Source: Gemmatimonadota bacterium | GTDB lineage: Bacteria; Gemmatimonadota; Gemmatimonadetes; Longimicrobiales; RSA9 | Direction of reading: 5' to 3' | DNA: 28,783 nt | Assembly (NCBI GenBank): GCA_040905425.1 | Contig: JBBDRO010000068.1 | Coordinates: 1-28,783, forward strand | Shown here: in pieces, positions 8,934 through 19,250 of the stretch | How positions within the stretch are numbered: the stretch's first letter is position 1 | Layout of the letters: each line of letters opens with the position of its first letter | Translations under genes and position numbers: made by a program | The notes under the pieces: generated by a model | Database searches by the model: none | Told to the model about the DNA's origin: nothing | The model's input: the letters and a program-made list of their open reading frames with translations, nothing else

Positions 8934-10133
8934 ATGTTGCGACCACCGCAGCTCCTGGCCCTGGCCCTGGCCTTCACCCTGCTCGCGTGCGCCGCGGAGG
9001 ACACCTCCCGCTGGACCGGGGCCACGGTGCGGGACAGCGCGGGCGTCACCATCGTCGAGAACGCGGGCGTCTACCCGGTGCGGGACGCGGACTGGTCGGT
9101 TTCCGCCACGCCGCTGGCCCGCGTGGACGGGGACCCGGGTGACGGCGGCGGTCTCTACCGCTTCCTCGGCGCGATTCGCCTGCCCAGCGGCACGCTCGTG
9201 GTCAATCAGGCCGGTGGCACCGAGCTGCTCTTCCTGCGTGCCGATGGCAGCCGGGTCCGGACGCTGGAAGCGAGCGGCTCCGGTCCGGGGGAATTCCGCC
9301 GCCTCGGCCTCTGGAGCGTGGTGCCGGCGCCCGACGGAGGTGTGGCCGCGCTGGATATTGAATTGGGCAAGGTGCTCGTCCTGGATTCCGTGGGGCACTT
9401 CGTGCGCGAGCTGAGTCTCGAGCGTGGACCGGGGCAGCCCCGCCTCCACGGCGTCCTGCCGGATGGCTCATTCGTGGTCACGTACTCCGGGGCATCGGAG
9501 CTCCGTGACGGCGTCTCGAGACGGGCGATCGACGTGGCCCGCCATGCGGCCGATGGCACGTTAGCCGGCGTCCTGGAGACCTTCCAGGGCAGGGGCTCCT
9601 ACAGCGTGTTGCTGGACGGCCGCCGCCTGAACCCGCCCGTTCCTCTGGAGGCCGAGCCCACCATCGGCGTGGCCGGCGACGCCATCCATGTGAATGACGG
9701 ACGGAGCGGCGAAATCCGGGTCTACACCGCCCACGGCACGCTCTCCCGCATCGTGCGCCGGACCAACCCGGCTCGCGCCGTGACCGATGCTGATATCGAC
9801 ACCTATACCGAGGACCTGGTCGGCGTACAGGGCAGCCCCGCCGATCGAGTGGCCGTGCGCATGATGTTGGCATCAGCCCCACGGCCGACCGAGCAGCCGG
9901 CCTTCTACCAGATGGTAGTCGACGGGGACGGGTACCTGTTCACCACCGAGCCCGGCTGCCCGGATCGACTGGTCTGCTGGAACGTATACGATCCCGAGGG
10001 CAGCTTCATCAGCGCCCTGGACGTGCCCCAGGGGACCGGGATCCTGCAGGTCGGCTCCGATTACCTCCTGGGCCTCACTTTCCCGGAAGTGAGCGTGCCG
10101 GTGCTGACGATCCACGCACTGCAACGGCGGTAA
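8934..10133 (+). CDS. 6-bladed beta-propeller lipoprotein
   Basis: Lipobox LLAC, VRDSAGVTIVEN, GSGPGEFR, WNVYDPEG; GGAG RBS. Confidence 0.78.
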   Translation: MLRPPQLLALALAFTLLACAAEDTSRWTGATVRDSAGVTIVENAGVYPVRDADWSVSATPLARVDGDPGDGGGLYRFLGAIRLPSGTLVVNQAGGTELLFLRADGSRVRTLEASGSGPGEFRRLGLWSVVPAPDGGVAALDIELGKVLVLDSVGHFVRELSLERGPGQPRLHGVLPDGSFVVTYSGASELRDGVSRRAIDVARHAADGTLAGVLETFQGRGSYSVLLDGRRLNPPVPLEAEPTIGVAGDAIHVNDGRSGEIRVYTAHGTLSRIVRRTNPARAVTDADIDTYTEDLVGVQGSPADRVAVRMMLASAPRPTEQPAFYQMVVDGDGYLFTTEPGCPDRLVCWNVYDPEGSFISALDVPQGTGILQVGSDYLLGLTFPEVSVPVLTIHALQRR

Positions 10134-10183
10134 GCGACGGTCCCACGTCACGTTCCGCGCGTCGATCCGCCCGCGCCCCAGCG

Positions 10184-13100
10184 TCAGAACCTGTAACGCG
10201 CCCCCAGCTGCACCTGGAACTGGTAGGGCTCGAAGCCCACGCTGCGCAGCGTGCCGAAGCTCTCGTTGACGGCGTAGGTCACCACGCGCGCCTCGCGGTC
10301 GTAGCCCACGGGACGCACGAGCACCTGGTCCTCGGCGGCCACCACCGTGTACTGCCCCATACCCCAGTGCAGCCCGTTCAACACGTTGAAGAGGTCCAGG
10401 GTGAACTCGGCACGCTGCCCGCGCCAAGTCTCAATCTCGCGGGAAATGCGCAGGTCCAGGCTGTTCCACCAAGGATTGCGGCAGGAGTTCCGCTGCGCGA
10501 TGCCGCCCATCTGCTTGCGCAGACAGTCCCTCGCGGTGAGCTGCTGCCAAGCGGCCGTGTCGGCGGCGGACGCCAGCGAAATGCTGTCTCCCAGGTAGGG
10601 CCGGTCGTTGCGGTCCAGACCGTCCGCGTTCAGGTCACCCGCCACCAGCGGCGTCCACGGCGTGCCCGACTGCAGGCGCAGCACGCCGTCCAGGCGCAGC
10701 CCCCACGGCCCTTCGATCAGCGCGCTGGCCACGATGACGTGGCGCCGCTCCGCGGAGGACGGACCCCAGGCGCCCTCCGCCGCGTCATCCGGGCCGCCGA
10801 TGCGATTGGGATCGCCGGCGGTGGGCTCAAGGCCGAAGCCGTCGTAGCTCGTGCAGCAGGAGAAGGTGCTGTTGTCGTACGCCCGGTTCCAGCCGTAGCG
10901 GAGCGCGGCGTCCACCCGGTCCCAGAGGTTGCGGCGTAGCTCGAGTGAGAGGCTGAGCGCCCGCGCCTGCCCGTCGGAGCCCACGCTGAAGACGCGGTCG
11001 AAGTCCCGATCTCGCAGGCGGTTCTCGCCGGCCGGCACCCAGGGGCGGTATACGATCGGACCCGCGGGCGCGGCATAGACCGGCCGGCCTTCGCACCCCT
11101 CGCACGCCGGCTCCATGAGCGTGAACTGCTCCTCCACCAGGTTCAGGTCCCGAATGGTGTAGGCGCCCGTGGTGCGGCTCACCAGCACGTCGGCGGAGAT
11201 GGCCGTGCGCGTGCCCAGCCGGGCCTCCATGCCCACGTTGGCCTTGAGGCTTCGGGGCAGCTCGAAGTCCGACGAGAAGACGGTGTAGCTGGGGCGGCCC
11301 TCGCGCTGGGTGCCGCCGGCGCACGCGGCGGGATTGCGCACGCCGCGGCCGGCGTCCAGCATGGCGCGCAGCTCGGGCGTGGGCACGCCGTCGTTGGTGC
11401 ACAGGAGCTGGCGGATGGGACGTTCGGTCTCGAAGGCGTTGGCGGCCAGCACCAGCGGTGCACGGCCCATGATGAGCCCCGCGCCGCCCCGCACCAGGAA
11501 GGTCCGCGCGGCGCCGAGTTCCAGGTCGAAGGCCAGGCGCGGGGAGAGCCCCCGGAAGTCCGGCACCACGGTGGAAGAGACGCCGAACGCCTCCTCCAGC
11601 TCCGGGACGGCCTGGGGCCGCCGGTCCACCCGCGTGCCGCCCCAGCGCAGCCCGGCGCTCACGGTCAGCCGGTCGGTGGCGCGCCACTCGTCCTGCGCGT
11701 AGAGGCTCCACTCCAGCGCGTCGAAGTCGGCCACCGGCACGTCCGGCGCCGGGCAGATCACCACTTCGCCCGCGCCGTTGGGCACCAGCGGCACGGGGCA
11801 GCTCCGGGTGCGGCGCGTGTAGCGGTGCGGCTCCCCCGCGGCGAAGCGCTCCACGTTGGCAAACTCGTAGCGCCCGTTGCCCTCCTCCCAGTATGCGTAG
11901 CGCGTACCGGCCAGCAGCGTGCTGGTGCCGAACTTGAGCGCGTGGCGGCCCCGCTGGAAGGACAGATTCTCCACCAGCTGGACCTTGCTCTCCTCCAGGT
12001 GATTGCGGAAGAGCAGCGGGTCCCCGCCGAGCAGTAGCGGGTAGTGGCCGCGCCCCACCGCCGCGTCCACCGAGGTGAGGTAGATCTCCGGCAGGTAGCC
12101 GCCGGGGTCCGGCGTCCTGGGCCGGTCCTCAAAGGAGTACTGGACACGGAGCGAGTTGTTGATGGTGCCGCCCAGCGCCGAGTTCACCTCGAGCACGGCG
12201 GAACCCGTGCGGTCCCGGAAGTTGCCCGCGTGGGTGAGCGCCTGGCCCAGCTCCAGACGATCGAAGTCCTGGCGGAAGTCCGCGTGGTTGTAGCGCAGCG
12301 TGACGCGGTGGTCCTGGCTGGCGTTCCAGTCCAGGCGGCCGAAGAGGACGGTGTTGTCCTCCCGCCCCCGGCCGGGCGCCACCCACGCCGGACCCTCGGA
12401 CAGGTCGTAGGCGTCATCGAACGCCCGCCCCACCGCGGCGATGGCCGCGGCGCTGTAGCCGGCCCGCTCCGCCGACAGCGTGGGCATGGGCAGCCGCCGG
12501 GCGTGCACGTCCACCCCCAGGAACCAGTGCAGCCGATCGCGCAGGACGGGGCCCGAGGCGGCCAGGCCGAACTGGCTGGTGCGGTAGTCGTCAGGAGGAA
12601 GACGGTCGAAGCCGGCGCCGGTCAGCGTTTCGCCCCGATGGAAGAAGAACGTCGTCGCTTCGAAGCTGTTGGTGCCGCTGCGGGTGACCGCGTTGACCAC
12701 CCCGCCCTGGTAGTTGCCGTACTCCACGTCGAAGCCGTTGGTGATGACCTGGAGTTCGCGGATGGACTCGAGCGAGTAGGCAAAGGGGCTGCGCGAGGAG
12801 CCCTGCGTCTCGGCAAAGAAGAGGTTGCCGGCGTCCACGCCGTCCACCTGCAGCGTGGTGCCCGAGGCGCGCGCGCCGCCGATGGAGATGCGCCCGCCCG
12901 TCTCCACGTCCGGATTCGCGGTGACCAGCGGGGAGAGGGTGAGGAACTGGGTGAAGTCGCGGCCGCGGACGGGCAGGCGGACCACCGCCGCCTCCTCCAC
13001 GAGCTGCACCACGCCGCCGCGGTCGAGCTGGGTGCGGCCCGCCACCTGGACACCTTGCACCGTCACGGCGGAGACCTCCAGGCGGAGGTCCAGCGTGCGC

Positions 13101-13459
13101 CGCTCGCCGGCGTTCAGCCGGAGCTCCGTGCGCAGCGTCTCACGGTAGCCGATGGACGCGGCGCTGACGGTGTAGGGGCCCCCGGGCGGGACCAGGGCAA
13201 TGACGTAGCGGCCCTCCTCGTTGCTCAGCACTTCGCGCCGGAAGCCCGTGGTGGGGTCCTCGATGCGCACGACCGCGGCGGCCACCGGGCGCTCCTCCGC
13301 GTCGGTGACGTGGCCCACGACGGCAGCGGTGGTGGCGCGCTGCTGGGCGGCGGCCGGGGCGGCCATGAGCAGGAGGACGCCGCACGCCAGGACACCGGCC
13401 GCGGCAGGGCGCATGGCAAGCATCAGCAATGGCAGGGCCTGTCGTGACCGATGCACCAT
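10184..13459 (-). CDS. TonB-dependent receptor (Oar-like, N-terminal carboxypeptidase-regulatory-like domain)
   Basis: Signal peptide; LPVRGRDF, plug FDVEYGNYQGGVVNAVTRSGTN, LYAQDEW, LSPRLAF, DLFNVLN, C-terminal QLGARYRF. Confidence 0.92.
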   Translation of the reverse strand: MVHRSRQALPLLMLAMRPAAAGVLACGVLLLMAAPAAAQQRATTAAVVGHVTDAEERPVAAAVVRIEDPTTGFRREVLSNEEGRYVIALVPPGGPYTVSAASIGYRETLRTELRLNAGERRTLDLRLEVSAVTVQGVQVAGRTQLDRGGVVQLVEEAAVVRLPVRGRDFTQFLTLSPLVTANPDVETGGRISIGGARASGTTLQVDGVDAGNLFFAETQGSSRSPFAYSLESIRELQVITNGFDVEYGNYQGGVVNAVTRSGTNSFEATTFFFHRGETLTGAGFDRLPPDDYRTSQFGLAASGPVLRDRLHWFLGVDVHARRLPMPTLSAERAGYSAAAIAAVGRAFDDAYDLSEGPAWVAPGRGREDNTVLFGRLDWNASQDHRVTLRYNHADFRQDFDRLELGQALTHAGNFRDRTGSAVLEVNSALGGTINNSLRVQYSFEDRPRTPDPGGYLPEIYLTSVDAAVGRGHYPLLLGGDPLLFRNHLEESKVQLVENLSFQRGRHALKFGTSTLLAGTRYAYWEEGNGRYEFANVERFAAGEPHRYTRRTRSCPVPLVPNGAGEVVICPAPDVPVADFDALEWSLYAQDEWRATDRLTVSAGLRWGGTRVDRRPQAVPELEEAFGVSSTVVPDFRGLSPRLAFDLELGAARTFLVRGGAGLIMGRAPLVLAANAFETERPIRQLLCTNDGVPTPELRAMLDAGRGVRNPAACAGGTQREGRPSYTVFSSDFELPRSLKANVGMEARLGTRTAISADVLVSRTTGAYTIRDLNLVEEQFTLMEPACEGCEGRPVYAAPAGPIVYRPWVPAGENRLRDRDFDRVFSVGSDGQARALSLSLELRRNLWDRVDAALRYGWNRAYDNSTFSCCTSYDGFGLEPTAGDPNRIGGPDDAAEGAWGPSSAERRHVIVASALIEGPWGLRLDGVLRLQSGTPWTPLVAGDLNADGLDRNDRPYLGDSISLASAADTAAWQQLTARDCLRKQMGGIAQRNSCRNPWWNSLDLRISREIETWRGQRAEFTLDLFNVLNGLHWGMGQYTVVAAEDQVLVRPVGYDREARVVTYAVNESFGTLRSVGFEPYQFQVQLGARYRF

Positions 13460-13613
13460 GACGTTCTCCGGGGGCGGGTGCGAGGCACACTCTGGAAACC
13501 CGCGCGTGGAAGTACCTGGACGGGCGTGCCCACTACGGGAACGATCGAGCGCGGGGGATCGGGACGCAAGCGGGGCGGGTGGACCGCACCGCTCCTCACC
13601 GGGAGCCGCAGCA

Positions 13614-13640
13614 TGTCGATTTCGCGGCCGGCCGTTCGTA
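13614..13640 (+). promoter_or_regulatory. ECF42-type promoter of the yciI-ECF42 operon
   Basis: TGTCGA(13614-13619)-N17-CGTA(13637-13640), matching the TGTCGA / CG(A/T) motif known upstream of DGPF genes. Confidence 0.7.
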
Positions 13641-13698
13641 GGTAACCTGAAGGCAGCGGAGGTGCCGCGGCCGAACGCTCAAATTGAGGAGCCCACCC

Positions 13699-14040
13699 AT
13701 GCGTTACCTGATCCTGATCTACGAGAACGAGGACACCGCCCCGCAGGATTCCGGCGAGCTCGACCGGTGGTTCGCTTACACCGAGCAGCTCAAGGAGGCC
13801 GGCGTGCTGCGCGGCGGCGAGGCGCTGCAATCCACCTCCACCGCCACGACCGTACGTCGGGTGGACGGCAAGGTGGTGACCAGCGACGGCCCATTCGCCG
13901 AGACCAAGGAGCAGCTCGGCGGCTTCTACATGGTGGAGTGCGCCGACCTGGACGAGGCCCTCAAGTGGGCGGCCAAGATTCCGAGTGTTGACCGCGGCCC
14001 CGTGGAGGTCCGGCCGATCATGGAGTTCGACCAGCCGTAG
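13699..14040 (+). CDS. YciI/DGPF family protein
   Basis: SDGPFAETKEQLGGFY, VEVRP; GAGGAG RBS before ATG 13699. Confidence 0.92.
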   Translation: MRYLILIYENEDTAPQDSGELDRWFAYTEQLKEAGVLRGGEALQSTSTATTVRRVDGKVVTSDGPFAETKEQLGGFYMVECADLDEALKWAAKIPSVDRGPVEVRPIMEFDQP

Positions 14041-14070
14041 GCGTGCGGTGCGGCGGATGAGGGCAACAGG

Positions 14071-15351
14071 GTGAGCGCGGCCATGGTCGAGCGCGAGCAG
14101 GCGCGCGCCCGCGAAGCGCTGGAGACGGTCTTCCGGCGCGAGCGGTCGCAGATCCTGGCCGTCCTCATCCGTCTCACCGGTGACTTCGCGCTGGCCGAGG
14201 ATGCCCTGCAGGAGGCGTTCGCGGAGGCGCTCCGCCGCTGGCCGCAGGACGGGGTGCCGCCGCGGCCGGGCGGTTGGATCACCACTACCGCCCGGCGGCG
14301 GGCCATCGACGTGGTGCGGCGGGCGCGCACGTTCCGACGGCGGGCTGAGGCGCTGGCCCGCCTGGAGGCGGAGCCGCCGACCGCCTTCCAGGAGCCCGTA
14401 ACGCTGCCCGGCGAAGATGCTCCGCGCGACGACCGGCTCCGGTTGCTCTTCACATGCTGCCATCCGGCACTGTCGCTGGAGTCCCAGGTGGCGCTCACGC
14501 TCCGCATGGTGGCAGGGCTCACCACGCGCGAGATCGCGCGGGCGTTCCTGGCCGCGGAGTCCGCCATGGCGCAGCGGCTGGTGCGCGCCAAGCACAAGAT
14601 CCGTGCGGCGGAGATCCCCTTCCGCGTGCCACCCGCCGCCGAGCTGCCTGAGCGCGTCGATGCGGTGTTGGCGGTCATCTACCTGGTGTTCAACGAGGGC
14701 TATACGTCCACGGAGGACGCCGCGCTCGTGCGCGACGAGCTGTGCGCGGAGGCGGTACGGTTGTGCCGCCTGCTGAACCAGCTGCTGCCCGGACAGGCGG
14801 CCGTGGAGGGGCTGCTGGCGCTCATGCTGCTGCACGGCGCGCGCAGCCGCGCCCGCACGGGACCGGGGGGTGAGCTGATCACGCTGGAGCGCCAGGACCG
14901 CACGCTCTGGAATCCGGCCATGATCGAGGAAGGACGCATGCTCGTGGAGCGCGCGCTGCGGCGCGGCCGTGCGGGCCCCTACCCGATCCAGGCGGCCATC
15001 GCGGCACTGCATGTGGAAGCGGAGAGCGCCGAGCAGACGGACTGGCCGCAGATCGCGGCGCTCTACGCGCTCCTGCTGCTGCGGCAGCCGGGTGCCGTGG
15101 TGGCGCTCAACCACGCGGTGGCCGTGGGCATGGCCGCCGGCCCGGCGGAGGGCCTGGCGCTGATCCATGGCCTGGACGCCGCGGGCGAGCTGCGCGGCTA
15201 TCACCTGCTGCCGGCGGCGCGCGCGGAGCTACTCGTCAGGCAGGGGGATACGGCGGCGGCGGCGGACAGCTACCGGCGCGCCATAGCGGAGTGCGCCAAT
15301 CCGGTGGAGCGGGCGCATCTGGAGCGGCGGCTGGGAGAGGTGGTGGGGTGA
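14071..15351 (+). CDS. ECF42-group sigma factor with long C-terminal (DUF6596/TPR) extension
   Basis: [58 protein letters not shown]; downstream of DGPF gene. Confidence 0.92.
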   Translation: MSAAMVEREQARAREALETVFRRERSQILAVLIRLTGDFALAEDALQEAFAEALRRWPQDGVPPRPGGWITTTARRRAIDVVRRARTFRRRAEALARLEAEPPTAFQEPVTLPGEDAPRDDRLRLLFTCCHPALSLESQVALTLRMVAGLTTREIARAFLAAESAMAQRLVRAKHKIRAAEIPFRVPPAAELPERVDAVLAVIYLVFNEGYTSTEDAALVRDELCAEAVRLCRLLNQLLPGQAAVEGLLALMLLHGARSRARTGPGGELITLERQDRTLWNPAMIEEGRMLVERALRRGRAGPYPIQAAIAALHVEAESAEQTDWPQIAALYALLLLRQPGAVVALNHAVAVGMAAGPAEGLALIHGLDAAGELRGYHLLPAARAELLVRQGDTAAAADSYRRAIAECANPVERAHLERRLGEVVG

Positions 15352-15628
15352 GGGGGCGGCGCGCTGCGGGGGAGGCCCGCCCAGCGTGCGAGGCCGCCAG
15401 AGGCCGGGGGGCGGTCCGCGTGTCGTGTGCGCACGACCACAACGGGACACTTATATCTGCGGGGCTTTACGCGTCCAGTTCGTGTGGTTCCGCTCGCCGC
15501 CGGAGACCGTCAAGTGTGCCCCAGGAACCCTCGACTGGTCTGCCACCGCCATGGTATTCATATTGGAACAGCCAATCCGCCGCAGGCGAGCCACAGGCCG
15601 TCCCGGACCGGAGCGAAACGTGCCCCGC

Positions 15629-16912
15629 ATGCCCAGCCACTCATTCGTCATTCTCGTCCTGACCACGGGCGCCGTCCTGTGTGCTGCATGCGGTGAGCCT
15701 GAGGCGGCGAACCAACCGACTGACGCCGTCGTCGTACGCGACAGCGCGGGCGTCCGCATCGTGGAGAACAGCCAGCCGGAGTGGTCGGCCGGGGATGGCT
15801 GGCGGGTGGCGGCGCGCCCGCGGCTGGTGCTGGGTGGTGACGAGGCGGCCGGCATCGACCATCTGATGCAGGGCGGCGTTCGCGCGCGTGGGCTGGCGGA
15901 CGGTCGGATCGTGGTGGCGCAGTATCAACCCGTCAGCCTGCGCTGGTTCAGCCCGGACGGTGCTCTGCTGGCGAGCGCGGGCCAGGGACAGGGGCCGGGC
16001 GAATTTCGTTACGTCAGCTTCGTGGCTGCCGTGCAGGGCGATACGGTCGTGGCGTTTGACGCCCGGCTCGGCCGTTGGTCCGTATTCGATGAGGCCGGCG
16101 CCTTGGTGCGTGCTGTCACGCTCGACAGCCAGGAGCGCCGTGGCCTGGGCTCGTTATTGGCGGCATTCGGGCCGCTCGACGCACTCGTGGCGCATAGCTA
16201 CACGGCGCCGGAGCAGGACGCCGAGCCCAACCTGCGCTTCCCTTATACCGTGGAGACGGTCCGCCTGGAACCACTCGCCGCCGATACGGTTCTGTCACTG
16301 CCGGGCGCCGAGACCTTCTTTGTCTATGTGGCCTACCCGCTGACCTGGTCCAGGTCGCCGCCGTTCGCGCGCGGGGCGTACGTCGCGGGGTCCATGACCG
16401 GCTTCGTGGCCGGCATTTCGGACCAGGATGAAGTGCGGCGCTTCTCACCGACCGGTGAACTCACGCACATCATCCGCAGGACCGCACCGTTGCCTCCGGT
16501 GGACGATCGCGCCATCGACCGCGCCATGGCCGCGGATCGGAGCCGTCACGAGGAGGAGGTGGCCGGCTATCCACCGAGCTTTCCAGCAGACAATCGGCGC
16601 ATGATCCAGGGCGCCTTCACCCGCTACGTCGACGAGGTCCGCCACCCGTCCACCATGCCCGCCTTCAGCGGCCTCATGCTGAGTCGTGACGGCATCCTCT
16701 GGGTCCGGGACTATCACCCGCCGTGGGAGAGCGACGCCCCCGACACGTGGCAGGTCTTCTCGCCCGACGGGCGCTGGCTGGGGCCGGTGGAGATGCCCGC
16801 CGGCTTCACGGTTCAGGACGTGGGGCCCGGCTACGTGCTCGGCATTGAAAGGGACGAATACGACGTGGTCACGGTGGTGGTTTACGACCTGGAGGCGGCG
16901 GAGGTGGAATAG
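15629..16912 (+). CDS. 6-bladed beta-propeller lipoprotein (paralog of 8934..10133)
   Basis: Hydrophobic signal with CAAC, VRDSAGVRIVEN, GQGPGEFR, WQVFSPDGRWLG, VLGIERDEYDV. Confidence 0.78.
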   Translation: MPSHSFVILVLTTGAVLCAACGEPEAANQPTDAVVVRDSAGVRIVENSQPEWSAGDGWRVAARPRLVLGGDEAAGIDHLMQGGVRARGLADGRIVVAQYQPVSLRWFSPDGALLASAGQGQGPGEFRYVSFVAAVQGDTVVAFDARLGRWSVFDEAGALVRAVTLDSQERRGLGSLLAAFGPLDALVAHSYTAPEQDAEPNLRFPYTVETVRLEPLAADTVLSLPGAETFFVYVAYPLTWSRSPPFARGAYVAGSMTGFVAGISDQDEVRRFSPTGELTHIIRRTAPLPPVDDRAIDRAMAADRSRHEEEVAGYPPSFPADNRRMIQGAFTRYVDEVRHPSTMPAFSGLMLSRDGILWVRDYHPPWESDAPDTWQVFSPDGRWLGPVEMPAGFTVQDVGPGYVLGIERDEYDVVTVVVYDLEAAEVE

Positions 16913-16940
16913 TCGGGGGGGTATGCGGGCACGTCGCACC

Positions 16941-17699
16941 TCACCCCATCAGCCACACTACCCCCACCGCCACCGTGCCCAGCCCCGCCACCCGCGCCAG
17001 CGCGCGCCCCAGCCGCGCAGAGCGCACCGCCGCGTGGCCGGCCACCACCCCCGCGAACATGGCGTAGAGTCCCATGGCCACGGCCGTGCCCACGCCGAAG
17101 ACGAGCAGGTAGGCGGTGGACACGGCCAGCGACTCCAGACCCACGAGCGGGATCAGCGCCACGGCGGGGGCCGTGCCGGCCAGGCCGTGCAGCGCGCCGA
17201 TGGCGGTAGCGGCGTGGCGGTGGTCGTGGGGCTGGTGGCGGTGCAACGGATGCACGGGCCCGGCGGGAACAGACGGCGCTTCCCCGCTCGGCCACGCCTG
17301 CGTCTCAGCACCCCCCGTCGCAGCCAGCACCGCTTCCGGATGCGCATGCGCATGCAGATGCACGTGCGCGGTGCCGTCCTCGTGCCGGTGGAAATGCGCG
17401 TGCAGCGTACGCGCCGTGAGCAGCACCCAGCCGCCCAGCAGGACGAGCGAGACGCCCACCAGCCGCTCCAGCCAGTGCCCCACGGCCGCGTCCACCTCGA
17501 TGCGCAGCAGTACCAGCGCGCTGCCGGCCAGCAGGATCACGGCGCCGTGACCCGCGGCCCAGCGGAGCCCGTAGCCGAGCGCCTCACGACGCGCCGGCCG
17601 CCGCACCACGAAGGCGCTCACGGCGGCCAGATGGTCGGGCTCCAGGCTGTGCAGGACACCCAGCAGCAGCGCGGTGCCGAGCAGAACAGCAATTTCCAA
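16941..17699 (-). CDS. UreH/NiCoT-like nickel/cobalt transporter with His-rich loop
   Basis: GVLHSLEPDHLAAV, WAAGH, IGALHGLAG, FGVGTAVAM; His-rich insert; TTG start with AGGAG RBS. Confidence 0.82.
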   Translation of the reverse strand: MEIAVLLGTALLLGVLHSLEPDHLAAVSAFVVRRPARREALGYGLRWAAGHGAVILLAGSALVLLRIEVDAAVGHWLERLVGVSLVLLGGWVLLTARTLHAHFHRHEDGTAHVHLHAHAHPEAVLAATGGAETQAWPSGEAPSVPAGPVHPLHRHQPHDHRHAATAIGALHGLAGTAPAVALIPLVGLESLAVSTAYLLVFGVGTAVAMGLYAMFAGVVAGHAAVRSARLGRALARVAGLGTVAVGVVWLMG

Positions 17700-17840
17700 T
17701 GTACTCCTGACGCTTCCGGGGGACGTCGCTTGAAAGGTGAATTGTGGAGCGCCGGGCGCCCGACGGCAATCCGTCCCGTTGTCCGCCCGCGCCCCTGGCC
17801 CTTACCTTGCCGCCCATCCGGCAGACCCCAGATCCGAGGA

Positions 17841-19247
17841 ATGAACGTGGCGGACAAAGACAGCTTCGATATCGTGGTGATCGGTTCCGGTCCGGGCGGC
17901 TACGTGGCCGCCATTCGCGCGGCGCAGCTGGGCATGCGCGTGGCGTGCGTGGAGGCGGACGCGCTCGGCGGCGTGTGCAACAACGTGGGCTGCATCCCCA
18001 CCAAGGCCATGCTGGAGAGCGCCAAGTACGCCAAGAAGGCGCCCGGGCTGAAGGACTTCGGCGTGAACGTGGGTGAGGTCACCCTGGACATAGCCATCGC
18101 GGCCAAGCGCGCCAAGAAGGTGGCCGACCAGGGCGCCAAGGGCGTGGCTTTCCTCTTCAAGAAGAACAAGATCGAGCAGGTGAGCGGCTGGGCGCGCCTG
18201 GCTGGCAAGGGCAAGGTCGTGGTCGAGGGCAAGGACGGCGAGCGCACGCTCACCGCCAAGCACATCATCCTGGCCACGGGCTCGCGGCCCAAGTCCCTGC
18301 CCATGCTGGAGATCGACGGCGACCGCGTGTGGGGCAGCGACCAGGCGGTCTTCGCGCCCGAGGCGCCGAAAAACCTTGCCATCATCGGCGCCGGGGCCAT
18401 CGGCATGGAGTTCGCCGACGTCTTCAACGCCTTCGGTTCCAAGGTGACCATCATCGAGGCGCTGCCACAGGTGCTGCCGCTGGAGGACAAGGACTGCGCG
18501 GAGGTGGTGGCCAAGTCCTACAAGAAGCGCGGCATGGACATCCTCACCGACGCCCGCCTGGAGAAGGCCAACGTCACCAAGAAGGGCGTCACGCTCGAGG
18601 TGAAAGGCGCCGACGGCAAGGTGCAGAAGATCCAGGTGGACCGGGTGCTGGTGGCCGTCGGGCGGGCCCCCCTCATCGACGATCTGGGCCTGGACAAGGC
18701 GGGTGTGAAGACGGAGAAGGGCTTCATCAAGGTGGGCGAGCACCTCGAGACCACCGCCGAGGGGATCTACGCCATAGGCGACTGCGCCAAGCCCCCCCTC
18801 CTGGCCCACAAGGCCTCCCACGAGGGGATCAAGGTCGTGGAGCACATTGCCGGGGAGGGGCACGGCTGGGTGGACTATGACAACATCCCCAGCGTGACCT
18901 ACTGCCATCCCGAGGTGGCGTCCGTGGGGCTGACCGAGGCGCAGGCCAAGGAGAAGGGCGTGGACTACGAGGTGGGCACCTTCCCGTGGAGCGCCAACGG
19001 GCGCGCCCGCACCGCGGGGGAGAGTGAGGGCTTCGTCAAGATCATCCGCGGCAAGAAGTACAGTGAGGTGCTCGGCGCCCACATCGTGGGGCCCAGCGCC
19101 TCCGAGCTGATCGGCGAGTTCATCCTGGGCCGCCACCTGGAGACCACGGTGGAGGAGCTGGAGGCCGCCATACACCCGCATCCCACCCTCTCGGAGGCGG
19201 TGGCCGAGGCGGCGCTGGCCGCGCTCGGGCGGGTCATCCACATGTAG
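17841..19247 (+). CDS. lpdA: Dihydrolipoyl dehydrogenase (E3)
   Basis: GSGPGGYVAAIRAAQLG, GGVCNNVGCIPTK, GAGAIG, LAHKASHEG, HPHPTLSE; start ATG 17841 or GTG 17847. Confidence 0.96.
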   Translation: MNVADKDSFDIVVIGSGPGGYVAAIRAAQLGMRVACVEADALGGVCNNVGCIPTKAMLESAKYAKKAPGLKDFGVNVGEVTLDIAIAAKRAKKVADQGAKGVAFLFKKNKIEQVSGWARLAGKGKVVVEGKDGERTLTAKHIILATGSRPKSLPMLEIDGDRVWGSDQAVFAPEAPKNLAIIGAGAIGMEFADVFNAFGSKVTIIEALPQVLPLEDKDCAEVVAKSYKKRGMDILTDARLEKANVTKKGVTLEVKGADGKVQKIQVDRVLVAVGRAPLIDDLGLDKAGVKTEKGFIKVGEHLETTAEGIYAIGDCAKPPLLAHKASHEGIKVVEHIAGEGHGWVDYDNIPSVTYCHPEVASVGLTEAQAKEKGVDYEVGTFPWSANGRARTAGESEGFVKIIRGKKYSEVLGAHIVGPSASELIGEFILGRHLETTVEELEAAIHPHPTLSEAVAEAALAALGRVIHM

Positions 19248-19250
19248 CGG

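Noticed and set aside
13423..15204. Long antisense ORFs (also 662..1468, 2064..3149, 4452..5897, 12044..13447, 17802..19241, 23479..24894)
   Set aside because: Shadow frames of well-supported genes in high-GC DNA, with no recognisable motifs
16686..17840. 853-aa ORF suggesting a long N-terminal fusion to LpdA
   Set aside because: The extension is antisense to the Ni/Co transporter and low in complexity; LpdA homology begins at 17841
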